A DNA stretch of 61,499 nt from Candidatus Omnitrophota bacterium (lineage in GTDB: Bacteria; Omnitrophota; Gorgyraeia; Zapsychrales; Fredricksoniimonadaceae): positions 1 through 61,499 of the forward strand of contig JABDGZ010000006.1 in the NCBI GenBank assembly GCA_013285735.1. The letters are read 5' to 3'. Each line of letters opens with the position of its first letter. Positions within the stretch are counted from its first letter, which is position 1. The position numbers and the translations under genes are program-made. The notes beneath the pieces were generated by a model. It worked only from the letters and a program-made list of their open reading frames with translations. It did no database searches and was not told where the DNA came from. Positions 10,573 to 21,138 of the stretch are shown here, piece after piece.

Positions 10573-11862
10573 CTAACGTTGTTCTATGGGGGTGTAATCA
10601 GTTTTCGGTGCGCCTATATAGATTTGGAATGGCCTTCCGATTTTTGTCGTCGGGTCCTGGATCATTTCTTTCCAATGGGCAATCCAGCCAGGCATGCGGC
10701 CAATGGCAAACATCACCGGGAACATATTTAAAGGAATGCCGATGGCGCGATAAATAATGCCGCTGTAAAAATCAACATTGGGATAGAGTTTGCGTGCTAT
10801 AAAATATTCATCCTTTAAAGCCGCTTCTTCCATCCGTTTGGCTAAATCAAGCAAGGGATCATGAATGCCTAATTTGTTAAGCAGATCATCAGCGCATTTT
10901 TTAATGATTTTAGCCCGGGGATCAAAGTTCTTATAAACCCGATGGCCAAATCCCATTAAACGGAATGAATCGTTTTTATCCTTGGCTTTGGCGATATACT
11001 TCAGGACATCTCCCCCATTGGCCTGGATTTCTTCTAACATTTCAATAACCGCCTGATTTGCGCCACCATGCAAAGGCCCCCACAAGGCACAGATACCAGC
11101 AGAAATGGATGCATATAAATTAGCATGAGAAGAACCTACTAAACGGACGGTCGATGTGGAGCAATTTTGTTCATGATCAGCGTGCAGGATCAAGAGTACC
11201 TGCATGGCGCGCACCACTTCGTCCGTCATTTTGTAAGGATTGGTGGGAGAATCAAACATCATATTTAGAAAATTAGGTACATAGCGAAGATCATGACGAG
11301 GATATACAAAAGCCTCGCCGATGGATTTTTTATGGGAAAAAGCGCAAATGGTACGTATTTTGGAAAGCAATTGGACGGCGATACGGTCAATTTCTTCTTT
11401 CGTGGGATTTTCTTTAATTAATTCCGGGTAATAGGCTGACATGGAACAGACCATCGCTGAAAGGCTGGCCATGGGGTGTGCTGTAGACGGGTAAGCATCA
11501 AAAAGATTTTTCATGTCCTCATGGATCATGGAATGTTCAGTAAAGGCATCAGAAAAAGCCTCTAATTCTTTTTGGTTTGGTAATCTGCCGTAAATTAAAA
11601 GGTAGGATGTTTCGACAAAGGTGGATTTTTCAGCCAATTGTTCGATGGGGATGCCTCGGTAACGCAAGACACCTTTTTCTCCATCGAGATAGGTAATGGC
11701 ACTTTTACAGGAACCCGTATTTCCAAAACCCGGGTCCATGGTGATAAAATTCGTTGTGCTGCGCAATTTGCCGATATCAAAGGCCTTATCGCCTTCGGTG
11801 CCGACAATAATGGGGCATTCCAGTGTTTTTCCGTCGATATTGACTTGCACATTATCTGCCAT
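10573..11862 (-). CDS. gltA: Citrate synthase
   Basis: GFGHRVYKNFDPRAK motif in a 429-aa protein; AAGGGAG Shine-Dalgarno upstream. Confidence 0.95.
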   Translation of the reverse strand: MADNVQVNIDGKTLECPIIVGTEGDKAFDIGKLRSTTNFITMDPGFGNTGSCKSAITYLDGEKGVLRYRGIPIEQLAEKSTFVETSYLLIYGRLPNQKELEAFSDAFTEHSMIHEDMKNLFDAYPSTAHPMASLSAMVCSMSAYYPELIKENPTKEEIDRIAVQLLSKIRTICAFSHKKSIGEAFVYPRHDLRYVPNFLNMMFDSPTNPYKMTDEVVRAMQVLLILHADHEQNCSTSTVRLVGSSHANLYASISAGICALWGPLHGGANQAVIEMLEEIQANGGDVLKYIAKAKDKNDSFRLMGFGHRVYKNFDPRAKIIKKCADDLLNKLGIHDPLLDLAKRMEEAALKDEYFIARKLYPNVDFYSGIIYRAIGIPLNMFPVMFAIGRMPGWIAHWKEMIQDPTTKIGRPFQIYIGAPKTDYTPIEQR

Positions 11863-11880
11863 GAGGTTCTCCCTTTAGTT

Positions 11881-11981
11881 GTCCGTCATTCCCGCGAAAG
11901 CGGGAATCCAGTTTTGAAATGGATCCCCGATTAAAGTATTCGGGGATGACATTCGGACTTATGAGTTACTTCGTAACTCAT
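11881..11981. repeat. Composite palindromic REP/MITE-like element: two inverted copies of the GTCATTCCCGCGAAAGCGGGAATCC family, plus a 9-bp hairpin
   Basis: Copy 1 is at 11885-11909 (GTCATTCCCGCGAAAGCGGGAATCC). An inverted variant is at 11921-11950 (reverse complement GTCATCCCCGAATACTTTAATCGGGGATCC). The outer flanks are GTCCG...CGGAC. A perfect hairpin ATGAGTTAC-TTC-GTAACTCAT follows at 11961-11981. Confidence 0.8.
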
Positions 11982-12005
11982 GTCCTCATGTCAATTATAA
12001 CATGG

Positions 12006-13055
12006 TTAAATCTGATCAAAAACTGCTTTAATATCTTTACTGATATCCAGAAAAGCATCAACTAATTTAGGGTCAAAATGTGTTCCTTTCAATTTTCTTA
12101 TTTCTGCCATAGTGTCTTCAAAAGACCAAGCTTTTTTATACGGTCTGGTTGAACTTAAAGCATCAAATACATCGGATACGGCACAAATACGGCCAATCAA
12201 AGGGATCTCCTCTTCTTTGAGGCCCTGAGGATACCCGCGACCATCCCATTTTTCATGGTGGGTCAAGGCAATGGTCTCCGCCATTCTTAAAAAAACAGAA
12301 TCACTTCCAGAAAGCATTTTGGCTCCCAGGGTGGTATGTGTTTTGATGATTTCAAATTCATGAGGTTCAAGAGCTGAAGGCTTTAATAAAATGGCATCCG
12401 GGATGGCTATTTTACCGATATCATGCAAGGGAGACGTTGTTAACAGTAATTCCCCTTTCTCCTTCGAGAAACCGATAGCCATTGCTAAAAGCTGGCAATA
12501 ACGGCTCATACGGTAAATATGTTTTCCAGTTTCCGCGTCCCTTAATTCCGCGGCGATGGCCAAGCGCTGAATGGCTTCAAGGCGTGTGTCCCTGATCTCC
12601 TTGATCCGTTCATTGATTTGTTCATCTAAAGTGGCATTATGGTTTTTGATCTGGTTGTATAAAAGCCTGACTTCGATGATATTGCGGCTTTTAAGAAGCA
12701 CATCCAAATGTTCGTAAGGTTTATGAAGAAAATCTTTAGCACCGCTTTGCAAGGCTTTAAAACGGACAGATTCTTCTTCAGCAGTCAATATTAACAAAGG
12801 AAGATAATCATCAGGATTAAGGAATGACAATTGAAGCATGACAGCAAATCCGTCCATCTTGGGCATGTTTAGATCGAGCAGGATCAGGTCTGGTTGTAAT
12901 TCTTTGTAAAGGTCAACGGCCTGGGTTGGATCTGTCGTGGTGGTGATATTGATGAAACCGGCGTTGGTAAGTATTTTTTTAAGGATTTGAATGTTGAGGA
13001 TATTATCGTCAATGGCGAGGATTTTGGCTGCAAATATTTTTTCATCAGAAATCAT
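12006..13055 (-). CDS. Response regulator with an HD-GYP output domain (c-di-GMP phosphodiesterase type)
   Basis: Receiver motif DLILLDLNMPKMDG; HD-GYP motifs HDIGKIAIPD and HHEKWDGRGYP. Confidence 0.88.
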   Translation of the reverse strand: MISDEKIFAAKILAIDDNILNIQILKKILTNAGFINITTTTDPTQAVDLYKELQPDLILLDLNMPKMDGFAVMLQLSFLNPDDYLPLLILTAEEESVRFKALQSGAKDFLHKPYEHLDVLLKSRNIIEVRLLYNQIKNHNATLDEQINERIKEIRDTRLEAIQRLAIAAELRDAETGKHIYRMSRYCQLLAMAIGFSKEKGELLLTTSPLHDIGKIAIPDAILLKPSALEPHEFEIIKTHTTLGAKMLSGSDSVFLRMAETIALTHHEKWDGRGYPQGLKEEEIPLIGRICAVSDVFDALSSTRPYKKAWSFEDTMAEIRKLKGTHFDPKLVDAFLDISKDIKAVFDQI

Positions 13056-13792
13056 AGGCTTTTTACTTTATCCAAAAAATCCTCGTCCGTCAAATCTGAA
13101 TGTATGGGGGTTATTGTAATATATTTATTGCTTAAGGCATAAGTATCTATGGTGTTATCATTTTTATGAGTCGGCATATGAGCGCCCATCCAGTAATAAT
13201 GCTTGTCGTGGGGGTTTTTACGTTTTTCAAAGGTGCCATGAATAGGCTCTGTCCCCTGACGGGTGAAGCGTGTACCCTTGGGTTTTCCGGGCGGAACATT
13301 GACATTAAGAAAGGTGCCTTTAGGCAATTTATTTTTATAGACCCATTTAGCTAATTTAGCTGTAAATTTTGCCGCCGTTGAAAAATTAGGGTTGTCAAAA
13401 CAGTCCAGTGAAACAGCAAAAGAATCAATGCCCATTAAAGCGCCTTCGCGTGCTCCTGCCACAGTCCCGGAATAAAAAACACTACAGCCATCATTGCCGC
13501 CATAATTAATACCGGAAATCACCAGATCAGGTTTTTTGCCTTTTAATAGGACGCTAACAGCAAATTTAACACAGTCAGCGGGTTTACCGCTAACGGCATG
13601 GCCATCAAAGTGGCGTTCTGGAGAAACTTTTTTTACAAATAAAGGATAGAAAAGTGTAATGCCATGCCCGACGGAACTTTGCTCGGCATCAGGAGCAACG
13701 ACTGTGACCTCAGCGATTTTGCTGAGTTCCTTATAAGCGGCATGAATCCCCTCCGCATAAATTCCATCGTCATTAGTTAACAAAATACGCAT
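13052..13792 (-). CDS. surE: 5'/3'-nucleotidase SurE
   Basis: N-terminus [16 protein letters not shown]. Confidence 0.92.
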   Translation of the reverse strand: MRILLTNDDGIYAEGIHAAYKELSKIAEVTVVAPDAEQSSVGHGITLFYPLFVKKVSPERHFDGHAVSGKPADCVKFAVSVLLKGKKPDLVISGINYGGNDGCSVFYSGTVAGAREGALMGIDSFAVSLDCFDNPNFSTAAKFTAKLAKWVYKNKLPKGTFLNVNVPPGKPKGTRFTRQGTEPIHGTFEKRKNPHDKHYYWMGAHMPTHKNDNTIDTYALSNKYITITPIHSDLTDEDFLDKVKSL

Positions 13793-16491
13793 TATTTAGC
13801 CAGCTTTCGCAAAACTGTCTGTAAAATACCGCCGTTACGTAAATAATCAACTTCGACAGGCGTATCTACCCTGGCAATGACGTTAAATTTCTTTTTGCTG
13901 CCGTCAGATGAAGTCGTTTCGATAGTCAACTCTTGACGGGGTTTTAAATTATCGTCCAAGTTAAGGAAATCAAAAGTTTCGTCCCCTTTTAATCCTAAGC
14001 TCGTATAATTTTCACCCGGTTTAAAAACACAAGGCAAAACACCCATGCCGCATAAATTGCTGCGGTGAATACGTTCAAAGCTTTCAGCAATGACTGCCCG
14101 GACACCAAGCAAGGTTGTTCCCTTAGCTGCCCAATCACGAGAAGAACCAGTACCGTATTCTTTGCCGGCCAAAACGATCAGCGGTGTTTGGCTTGATTTA
14201 TATTTCATGGCTGCATCATAAATGAACATTTTTTCTTTGGAAGGCCAATAGGTTGTCCAAGGACCTTCAGTGCCAGGTGCTGTTAAATTCCGCAAGCGGA
14301 TATTGGCAAAGGTACCGCGGGTCATGATCCGGTCATTACCACGACGGGCGCCATAGCTGTTAAAATCTTTAGGAGTCACGCCCTGCTCCATTAAATATTT
14401 TCCGGCAGGAGAATCTTTGGCAATAGCTCCCGCAGGAGAAATATGATCGGTGGTAATCGAATCAGCCACCATCACCAAACATTTAGCTTGTTCGATTCCT
14501 TTAATAGGATCAATCCCAGCTTTCATGCCGACAAAATAAGGTGGATTTTGAATATAGGTGCTTTTATTGTCCCAGCTAAAGAGATCAGATTTGGTTGTTT
14601 TAATAGCATTCCAATTTTTATTACCGCGATCTACATTTTTATAGCATCGACGGAAAATAGAAGCTTTGACGAATTTGCGTGCGGCTGCAGCGATTTCTTT
14701 ATGCGTTGGCCAAATATCCTTGAGGAAAACCGCCTTACCTTTTTTATCTTTGCCTAAGGGTTCATTATTTAAGTCAATATCCACCCGTCCAGCCAAGGCA
14801 TAGGCCACGACTAATGGCGGAGAAGCCAGGAAATTAGCTTTAGTGTAGGGGTTGACCCGGCCTTCGAAATTACGATTTCCTGAAAGTACCGCCGCTGCAA
14901 CCAGATTACCTTGGGTGATGGCATTGGCTACAGGTTCAGGCAATGGTCCGGAATTACCGATACAGGTGGTACATCCATACCCTACGATATTAAACCTGAT
15001 TCTTTCTAAATATTTTAATAACCCGGCTGTTTTTAAATATTCTTCCACAACTTGTGAACCTGGGGCAAAAGAAGTTTTAACATAATGAGGCGGCATCAAA
15101 CCTTTTTCAACAGCTTTCTTAGCTAAAAGCCCGGCACCGATCAGTACCGACGGATTTGAGGTGTTGGTACAACTGGTGATGGCAGCAATAACAACAGCGC
15201 CATGCCCCAAGGTTTCAACTCCTCCGTTTTGTACGGTGGCTGTACTGGATAAAGCGTTTTGAGCCAAACCATAACCACGAGCGGCAATATCTGCGGTTAA
15301 TGATTGCAGGAAATTAGATTTCAAATCTTTTAAAGGCACTCTGTCTTGCGGGCGTTTGGGGCCAGCCAAGCAGGGTTCAACCGTTGATATGTCTAGTTCT
15401 AAGATATCAGAATAAACACATTCGGGTGTTTTGGCCGTATAGAACAAACCCTGTGCCTTATAATATTTTTCCACCAAGGCCACTTCCGCAGGTGTTCGTC
15501 CGGATAATTTTAGATAATTAAGCGTTTCATCATCGATAGGAAATAAACCGATCGTTGCCCCATATTCCGGCGCCATGTTAGCAATGGTAGCCCTGTCCGG
15601 CAGCGGCAAGTATTGCAATCCTTCGCCAAAGAATTCAACGAATTTTTCGACCACCCCTTTTTTACGCAAGATTTGGGTGACAGTCAAGACTAAGTCAGTG
15701 GCGGTGACGCCATCTTTTAATTTTCCTTTGATACGAAAGCCAACAACTTCCGGCATCAGCATATAAATGGGTTCGCCCAACATCACAGATTCAGCTTCGA
15801 TCCCACCCACTCCCCAACCAACAATGCCAAGGCCATTGATCATGGTGGTATGTGAATCAGTACCCACACAGCTGTCAGGATAGGCGACATTGTCTTGCCC
15901 GAGTTTCTTTTTTAATACGCCTTTGGCCAAATATTCAAGATTCACCTGATGCACAATACCCGTGGCTGGCGGTACCACCCTAAAATCCTGCAAAGCGCTC
16001 TGCCCCCATTTAAGGAATTCATAGCGTTCCTCGTTGCGTTCAAATTCTAAAGTAACGTTTTCACCTAAAGATTTGCTGGTACCAAAGGAATCCACTTGTA
16101 CAGAATGGTCAATGACCAGATCGCACAATACCTGAGGGTTAATTTTCTTAATATCTCCGCCGAGATTCTTCATCGCATCGCGCATGGCTGCCATGTCGAC
16201 AACACAAGGAACACCGGTAAAATCTTGTAAGATAACACGGCCAGGTTTAAAAGCGATTTCGTCTTTTTTCTCGTTAGGTTTCCAGCTGACGATGGTATTG
16301 ATATCTTTTTCAGTGACCTGATAATTATCGAAATTACGAAGAGCGCTTTCTAAAAGGATACGGATGGAAAATGGCAGTTTGGATATATCAAGATTGCGTG
16401 CTTTGGCGAATTGAGGTAAAGAGTAGATGGTATATTGAGAAGAGCCAACTTTTAATTTTTTTGCGACAGTTTTCTTTTCAAATGAGGCCAT
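13792..16491 (-). CDS. acnA: Aconitate hydratase A
   Basis: 899 aa with [19 protein letters not shown] and [11 protein letters not shown] cluster motifs; AAGGAG Shine-Dalgarno upstream. Confidence 0.96.
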   Translation of the reverse strand: MASFEKKTVAKKLKVGSSQYTIYSLPQFAKARNLDISKLPFSIRILLESALRNFDNYQVTEKDINTIVSWKPNEKKDEIAFKPGRVILQDFTGVPCVVDMAAMRDAMKNLGGDIKKINPQVLCDLVIDHSVQVDSFGTSKSLGENVTLEFERNEERYEFLKWGQSALQDFRVVPPATGIVHQVNLEYLAKGVLKKKLGQDNVAYPDSCVGTDSHTTMINGLGIVGWGVGGIEAESVMLGEPIYMLMPEVVGFRIKGKLKDGVTATDLVLTVTQILRKKGVVEKFVEFFGEGLQYLPLPDRATIANMAPEYGATIGLFPIDDETLNYLKLSGRTPAEVALVEKYYKAQGLFYTAKTPECVYSDILELDISTVEPCLAGPKRPQDRVPLKDLKSNFLQSLTADIAARGYGLAQNALSSTATVQNGGVETLGHGAVVIAAITSCTNTSNPSVLIGAGLLAKKAVEKGLMPPHYVKTSFAPGSQVVEEYLKTAGLLKYLERIRFNIVGYGCTTCIGNSGPLPEPVANAITQGNLVAAAVLSGNRNFEGRVNPYTKANFLASPPLVVAYALAGRVDIDLNNEPLGKDKKGKAVFLKDIWPTHKEIAAAARKFVKASIFRRCYKNVDRGNKNWNAIKTTKSDLFSWDNKSTYIQNPPYFVGMKAGIDPIKGIEQAKCLVMVADSITTDHISPAGAIAKDSPAGKYLMEQGVTPKDFNSYGARRGNDRIMTRGTFANIRLRNLTAPGTEGPWTTYWPSKEKMFIYDAAMKYKSSQTPLIVLAGKEYGTGSSRDWAAKGTTLLGVRAVIAESFERIHRSNLCGMGVLPCVFKPGENYTSLGLKGDETFDFLNLDDNLKPRQELTIETTSSDGSKKKFNVIARVDTPVEVDYLRNGGILQTVLRKLAK

Positions 16492-16549
16492 AGGACAGCT
16501 CCTTGATAAAACGGTTCATTTCAACTACACATCGTTTTATTATAGGCTT

Positions 16550-17248
16550 TTAGTTACACAGAAGCAAGAACAAGGCGGGTTTTTTATCGATATTAGGCGG
16601 GATCTTCTTCCATTCTCTAATACTCATCGTTTTGATGAATTGTTGAGGGCTTGTAATGTCACAGGCAATACAGAGATTTGTCTTATCGTGGCAGGAAGCC
16701 AGAATGTCTTCCAGGATGTTTTGGTTGCGGTATGGCGCTTCCATAAAGATTTGGGTCTGTTTTTCTTTCATGGAGCGATCTTCTAATGTTTTGATTTTTT
16801 GTGCCCTTTCCTGCCGGTCGCGTGGTAGATAACCATTAAAGGCAAAGTTTTGTCCGTTCAAGCCTGAGGCCATCAATGCCAGAAGAATTGATGATGGTCC
16901 AACTAAAGGAATGATTTCAATTTTATTTTGATGGGCTAATAAAACCAGATCAGCACCCGGGTCAGCGACACAAGGGCATCCGGCTTCAGAAATAATCGCA
17001 GAATCCTGACTTTTAAGGATTTTGGTATATTCGTGAATATCTTTAAGATGAGTATGTTCGTTAAGATCAAAGAAACGGCATTCGCTGAAAGGAAATTCAG
17101 TGTGTAATTTCTTAAGAAGCCGGCGGGCAGACTTTGGTTCTTCTACGAAAAATGTACGAACGTCCTTGATTTCATGAGCAATGTAATCAGGGAGTAAGCT
17201 CTTGCCTTCTTCATTGATGGTATTGGGAACTAAATATAATTTAGACAT
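16550..17248 (-). CDS. SAM-dependent methyltransferase, tetrapyrrole-methylase fold (RsmI-like)
   Basis: 232 aa. The N-terminal LYLVPNTI...ARRLLKKL pattern and ISEAGCPCVADPG motif are typical of the RsmI-like TP-methylase family (from memory). Confidence 0.6.
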   Translation of the reverse strand: MSKLYLVPNTINEEGKSLLPDYIAHEIKDVRTFFVEEPKSARRLLKKLHTEFPFSECRFFDLNEHTHLKDIHEYTKILKSQDSAIISEAGCPCVADPGADLVLLAHQNKIEIIPLVGPSSILLALMASGLNGQNFAFNGYLPRDRQERAQKIKTLEDRSMKEKQTQIFMEAPYRNQNILEDILASCHDKTNLCIACDITSPQQFIKTMSIREWKKIPPNIDKKPALFLLLCN

Positions 17249-17862
17249 TAATGAGCGTCTTTACCCCAAACTTTATCCAAATACTCATGGCGGCCAGAAT
17301 TATCATGGTACATATTGTATTGGAAGGTCTTTTTAAGATAGTACTTTTGATGATAATCTTCTGCCGGGTAAAACGTGGATGCCGGTACAATTTCAGTCAC
17401 AATGGGTTTATCAAAACGACCGGAAGCAGCCAAAGCTTCTTTGGACTTTTCAGCGATGCGTTTTTGTTCATCGCTGTGGTAAAAAATTGCACTCCGGTAT
17501 TGTGTCCCCTCATCCACAAATTCACCGTTGACTTGAGTGGGATCAATATTATGCCAGAAAAGATCTAATAGTTTTTCGTAAGAAACAACATTAGGATCAA
17601 ATACCACTTCTATGGATTCAGCATGCCCTGTCTCACCTGAAGAGACATCTTCATAACTTGGGTTAGCCACATGTCCGCCGGTATAACCAACAGTTGTTTT
17701 GATAACACCCTTGGTATTATCAAAAAAGGGCTGCATGCACCAAAAACAGCCGCCGGCAAAAGTTGCTTTTTCTAAATGTGCACTATCCATAGCAGTCTCC
17801 TGTGCTGATACTGTGTTCGAAATTAGGAAAACAGCAGTGATCAATGATAATAATTTCATCAT
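17248..17862 (-). CDS. msrA: Peptide-methionine (S)-S-oxide reductase MsrA, secreted
   Basis: GGCFWCMQ active-site motif and an N-terminal signal peptide ([20 protein letters not shown]). Confidence 0.92.
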   Translation of the reverse strand: MMKLLSLITAVFLISNTVSAQETAMDSAHLEKATFAGGCFWCMQPFFDNTKGVIKTTVGYTGGHVANPSYEDVSSGETGHAESIEVVFDPNVVSYEKLLDLFWHNIDPTQVNGEFVDEGTQYRSAIFYHSDEQKRIAEKSKEALAASGRFDKPIVTEIVPASTFYPAEDYHQKYYLKKTFQYNMYHDNSGRHEYLDKVWGKDAH

Positions 17863-18377
17863 TATTTTTGCTCCACAAATTTAAGCGCTGCCGAATTCAT
17901 ACAGTAACGTTTGCCTGTCGGTGCTGGGCCGTCATCAAAGACATGGCCTAAATGTGCGCCGCAGCGAGGGCAATGCACTTCAATCCGGGTCATAAAAAGG
18001 CTGTCATCTTTTAAATAGGCCACATTGAGTTTATTAATAGGTCTGGTAAAGCTGGGCCAGCCAGTGCCGGATTCAAATTTATCATCCGAGGAAAATAAAT
18101 CCAACCCGCAGCAGGCACATTTGTAAATACCATGGCGGTGATTGTTGACGTATTCTCCGGTAAAGGGATGTTCTGTCCCCTCATGGCGGGCCACATCATA
18201 TTGTGTCGGAGTTAGTATTTTTTTCCATTCATCATCTGTTTTTACGACTTTTTGGGTTTTTATGATTGAGTTTGTTGCAGCATCATAAACTTCGATGGTG
18301 TCTTGATTTGATTGGGCCATAGATAGATCTCCATTGAAAGATAGTATTAAGAACAAGATTAATGCCATTTTATTCAT
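17862..18377 (-). CDS. msrB: Peptide-methionine (R)-S-oxide reductase MsrB, secreted
   Basis: CACCG and [12 protein letters not shown] zinc motifs, RYCMNSAAL active site, and an N-terminal signal peptide. Confidence 0.92.
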   Translation of the reverse strand: MNKMALILFLILSFNGDLSMAQSNQDTIEVYDAATNSIIKTQKVVKTDDEWKKILTPTQYDVARHEGTEHPFTGEYVNNHRHGIYKCACCGLDLFSSDDKFESGTGWPSFTRPINKLNVAYLKDDSLFMTRIEVHCPRCGAHLGHVFDDGPAPTGKRYCMNSAALKFVEQK

Positions 18378-18384
18378 AGCAACC

Positions 18385-18819
18385 TTATTTGAATATATTG
18401 AATAAAGCCAGTGCTTGAGAAAATTCTTTTGGCGTTACAAAACCTATGACCCTGGAATTATCAACTTCTTGACCATGTTCATCTAAAAAGACGACTGTAG
18501 GAAGTCCTTCGATCTGGTAGTCTTGAAGTATTTGTTGTATATTAGGATCGTCCTGATTGGTGGCATCGACTCTTAAGGTGGTCACTTGAGCTAGTTTGGC
18601 CTGGATGTCAGGCTGTGAAAATACTTCTCTGTCCAAATCATGGCAGATCGGGCACCACTCAGCAAAAAAATCGATCACTATTGGTTTTTTATGCGCTATT
18701 GAATCTGCCACCGCCTGTTTGCTGTACGGTTTCCAGGAGATGTTTGATTGATGTTCAGGTGCCTTTTGGCAGGAACTAAAAATAAGAATTACAAATAATA
18801 AACTAATGAATATTTTCAT
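18385..18819 (-). CDS. Thioredoxin-like lipoprotein
   Basis: Lipobox LIFSSC and redox motif WCPICH. Confidence 0.8.
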   Translation of the reverse strand: MKIFISLLFVILIFSSCQKAPEHQSNISWKPYSKQAVADSIAHKKPIVIDFFAEWCPICHDLDREVFSQPDIQAKLAQVTTLRVDATNQDDPNIQQILQDYQIEGLPTVVFLDEHGQEVDNSRVIGFVTPKEFSQALALFNIFK

Positions 18820-18905
18820 GGGTGAAATTATAGCACAGAAAATGGATATTAAAACTTGAAATAAGTATTGCAGGGTAAAACAGGTGGATGTACTATAGAA
18901 ACATT

Positions 18906-20447
18906 ATGAAAGTAGTTATTCTTAATCCCTCCTTTGGAGACAATTTCGTACGGGTGGCCCGTTGGGCGGCTAAATCTCGCGGTCGTGTTCAGCGACATCC
19001 CGAGTATTTACTGACGGCGGCACAAGTACTCATTGATGCTGGCCACGACACTCACTTCGTCGAGGCTGCGGCACGTAATTTTACGGCTGAAGAATCCATT
19101 GAAACAACGGTGAATCTTAAGCCTGAGTTGTTGGTCATGCATGTGACTACCCCTTCGATTTACGCTGATATTGAACAAGCTAAAATAATTAAAGATCGGG
19201 CAAAGTGCAGGGTTGTTTTTGTTGGCCAGCATGCGACCGCTGAAATTGATAATACTTTTGAAATTGGCCGTGGCGTGGTTGATTATATTTTACCCCGCGA
19301 ATATGATTACACCTTGCGTGACCTGGCCAATGGTGTTGCTGATGATAAGAATTTAGGACTTTGCTGGGTAAGCAATGGCAAGGTTATTAAAAATATGCCT
19401 CGTCCTGAAGTTGACGTTAATGAGCTTCCTTTTCCTGCCTGGCAATTGATTCAACCAGAATGGTATCCTGACGGCGGTAAGAAATTTCCATTTTTAACTC
19501 TTATCACCGGTCGTGGCTGTAATAATGCCTGTACCTTTTGCCGTGATCCCCAATTGATGTATGGTTATAAATTACGTAATCGCTCTGCGGAATTAGTCGT
19601 TGCTGAGATGGAACATGATTTGAAGCTTCACCCGCAGATTCGTGAGATCATGTTTGAAACCGATACTTTCGCTGCAGATCGTCAGCATGTCATTGATGTT
19701 TGTAATTTGATCATTGAAAAAGGAATTAATAAAAAGATTAGCTGGTCATGCAATATGCGTGTGAATACGGATCTGAGCCTCCTGCCTTTGATGCGTCAAT
19801 CCGGCTGCCGTATGCTGATGACTGGTTTTGAATTTGGTACTGATGAAAATTTGCGCGTCATCCGTAAAGGTGGCGTTTCCGTTGACATGGCCCGTGAATA
19901 TTCCAAAGAAGCCAATCGTCTTGGATTTACCATTCATGGCTGCTTCATGATCGGCGCTCCGGGTGAGACAAAAGAAAGTGCCCGTAAAACCATTGATTTT
20001 GCTAAATCGATGCCTTTGGATACAATTCAGATCACCGGTGTTGCCTCCTATCCTGGTACATCCTTGTATAAATGGGCGCGTGAAAATAATTATATTTTAG
20101 CGAAGGATTGGAAGGATTGGCTGACTGAAGCTGGAGAACAACGCACCCTTCTTTCATATCCGCAATTTTCCCATAAAGACATTGATGAGCATATTGATAT
20201 TGGTTTAAAAGAATTTTATTTGAGGCCAAAGCAGATTTGGAACATGTTTATTTCAATTAATTCCGTCGGTGATTTTTTACGGAAATTGCATGGATTTAAA
20301 GCATTTGTTCATTATTTTGCTCAAAAAATGATAAGGGCTATTCAGGGAAAGCGTGCAGAAAGTCAGGCAACGACTAAATTTTTAAGCCGCACTATCCGTG
20401 TGCGCACCGAAGCTCAGAATATCCCTGTGTTGACACCTGTTCATTGA
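18906..20447 (+). CDS. B12-binding-domain radical SAM protein
   Basis: CX3CX2C motif (CNNACTFC) after an N-terminal Rossmann-like B12-type domain. The ORF track starts at 18888, but MKVVILNP at 18906 looks like the usual N-terminus. The start is uncertain. Confidence 0.8.
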   Translation: MKVVILNPSFGDNFVRVARWAAKSRGRVQRHPEYLLTAAQVLIDAGHDTHFVEAAARNFTAEESIETTVNLKPELLVMHVTTPSIYADIEQAKIIKDRAKCRVVFVGQHATAEIDNTFEIGRGVVDYILPREYDYTLRDLANGVADDKNLGLCWVSNGKVIKNMPRPEVDVNELPFPAWQLIQPEWYPDGGKKFPFLTLITGRGCNNACTFCRDPQLMYGYKLRNRSAELVVAEMEHDLKLHPQIREIMFETDTFAADRQHVIDVCNLIIEKGINKKISWSCNMRVNTDLSLLPLMRQSGCRMLMTGFEFGTDENLRVIRKGGVSVDMAREYSKEANRLGFTIHGCFMIGAPGETKESARKTIDFAKSMPLDTIQITGVASYPGTSLYKWARENNYILAKDWKDWLTEAGEQRTLLSYPQFSHKDIDEHIDIGLKEFYLRPKQIWNMFISINSVGDFLRKLHGFKAFVHYFAQKMIRAIQGKRAESQATTKFLSRTIRVRTEAQNIPVLTPVH

Positions 20448-20488
20448 TTTGTTATATTTAATACCTAAAAGAACTTAAGGAGATTTGT

Positions 20489-20770
20489 ATGGCTCATATT
20501 GTGACGGAACCTTGTATCAAATGTAAATACACTGATTGCGTGACTGTTTGCCCTGTGGATTGTTTTCACGAAGACGCTGAAATGTTAACGATTGATCCGG
20601 AAGTTTGTATTGATTGCGGTGCTTGTATCCCAGAGTGCCCTGTTCAGGCTATTTATTCAGATTCTGATCTGCCTGAGAAATACAAAGGTTATACAGCTCT
20701 TAATGCTACAAAGTCTAAAGAGTTACCTGTTATCACCCAAAAGAAAACTCCTTTAGCGCCACCTAAATAA
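20489..20770 (+). CDS. fdxA: 7Fe-type ferredoxin ([3Fe-4S][4Fe-4S])
   Basis: [18 protein letters not shown] and [12 protein letters not shown] motifs; TAAGGAG Shine-Dalgarno 7 nt upstream. Confidence 0.9.
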   Translation: MAHIVTEPCIKCKYTDCVTVCPVDCFHEDAEMLTIDPEVCIDCGACIPECPVQAIYSDSDLPEKYKGYTALNATKSKELPVITQKKTPLAPPK

Positions 20771-20782
20771 TTTTTAATGATT

Positions 20783-20829
20783 GAAACATCCTTTGTTCCC
20801 CTGTGGCGCTTAGGATGTTTCCTTTTTAT
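20783..20829 (+). terminator. Hairpin plus T-run downstream of fdxA
   Basis: GAAACATCC (20783-20791) pairs with GGATGTTTC (20813-20821) and is followed by CTTTTTATAT. The loop is long, at 21 nt. Confidence 0.45.
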
Positions 20830-21138
20830 ATGACAAATCCTAAAGCTTGGTTAATGAATAAATGGAATATACAAACGACTAAAGATTTTTGGTTGATTAT
20901 GTTGACCTATTCTCTGGCGGGTATGGCTATTTTACCTGTTAAGAAGATTATTTTTCATGCAGTCGGTATAACCCCTCATACTCCCTTTTGGATCGTAGTT
21001 TTAGTGTACATTCCCCTCGTCCCTCCAGCTTATCAAATCGGTTTAATATTCTTCGGAACTATGTTGGGTCAGTTTAATTTCGTGTGGGGACAAGCCAAGA
21101 AAAGATTTCGGATAGGTATCAGACCTAAAACTACTTAG
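20830..21138 (+). CDS. Small membrane protein (uncharacterised)
   Basis: Two to three hydrophobic helices. The listed start (GTG 20803) lies inside the fdxA terminator hairpin, so the ATG at 20830 (MTNPKAW) is preferred. Confidence 0.5.
   Translation: MTNPKAWLMNKWNIQTTKDFWLIMLTYSLAGMAILPVKKIIFHAVGITPHTPFWIVVLVYIPLVPPAYQIGLIFFGTMLGQFNFVWGQAKKRFRIGIRPKTT

Noticed and set aside
11961-11981. The 9-bp perfect hairpin after the HD-GYP gene was considered as a classical intrinsic terminator.
   Set aside because: There is no U tract on the transcribed (minus) strand. It may be part of the composite repeat or a stability element, so it is reported only within the repeat feature.
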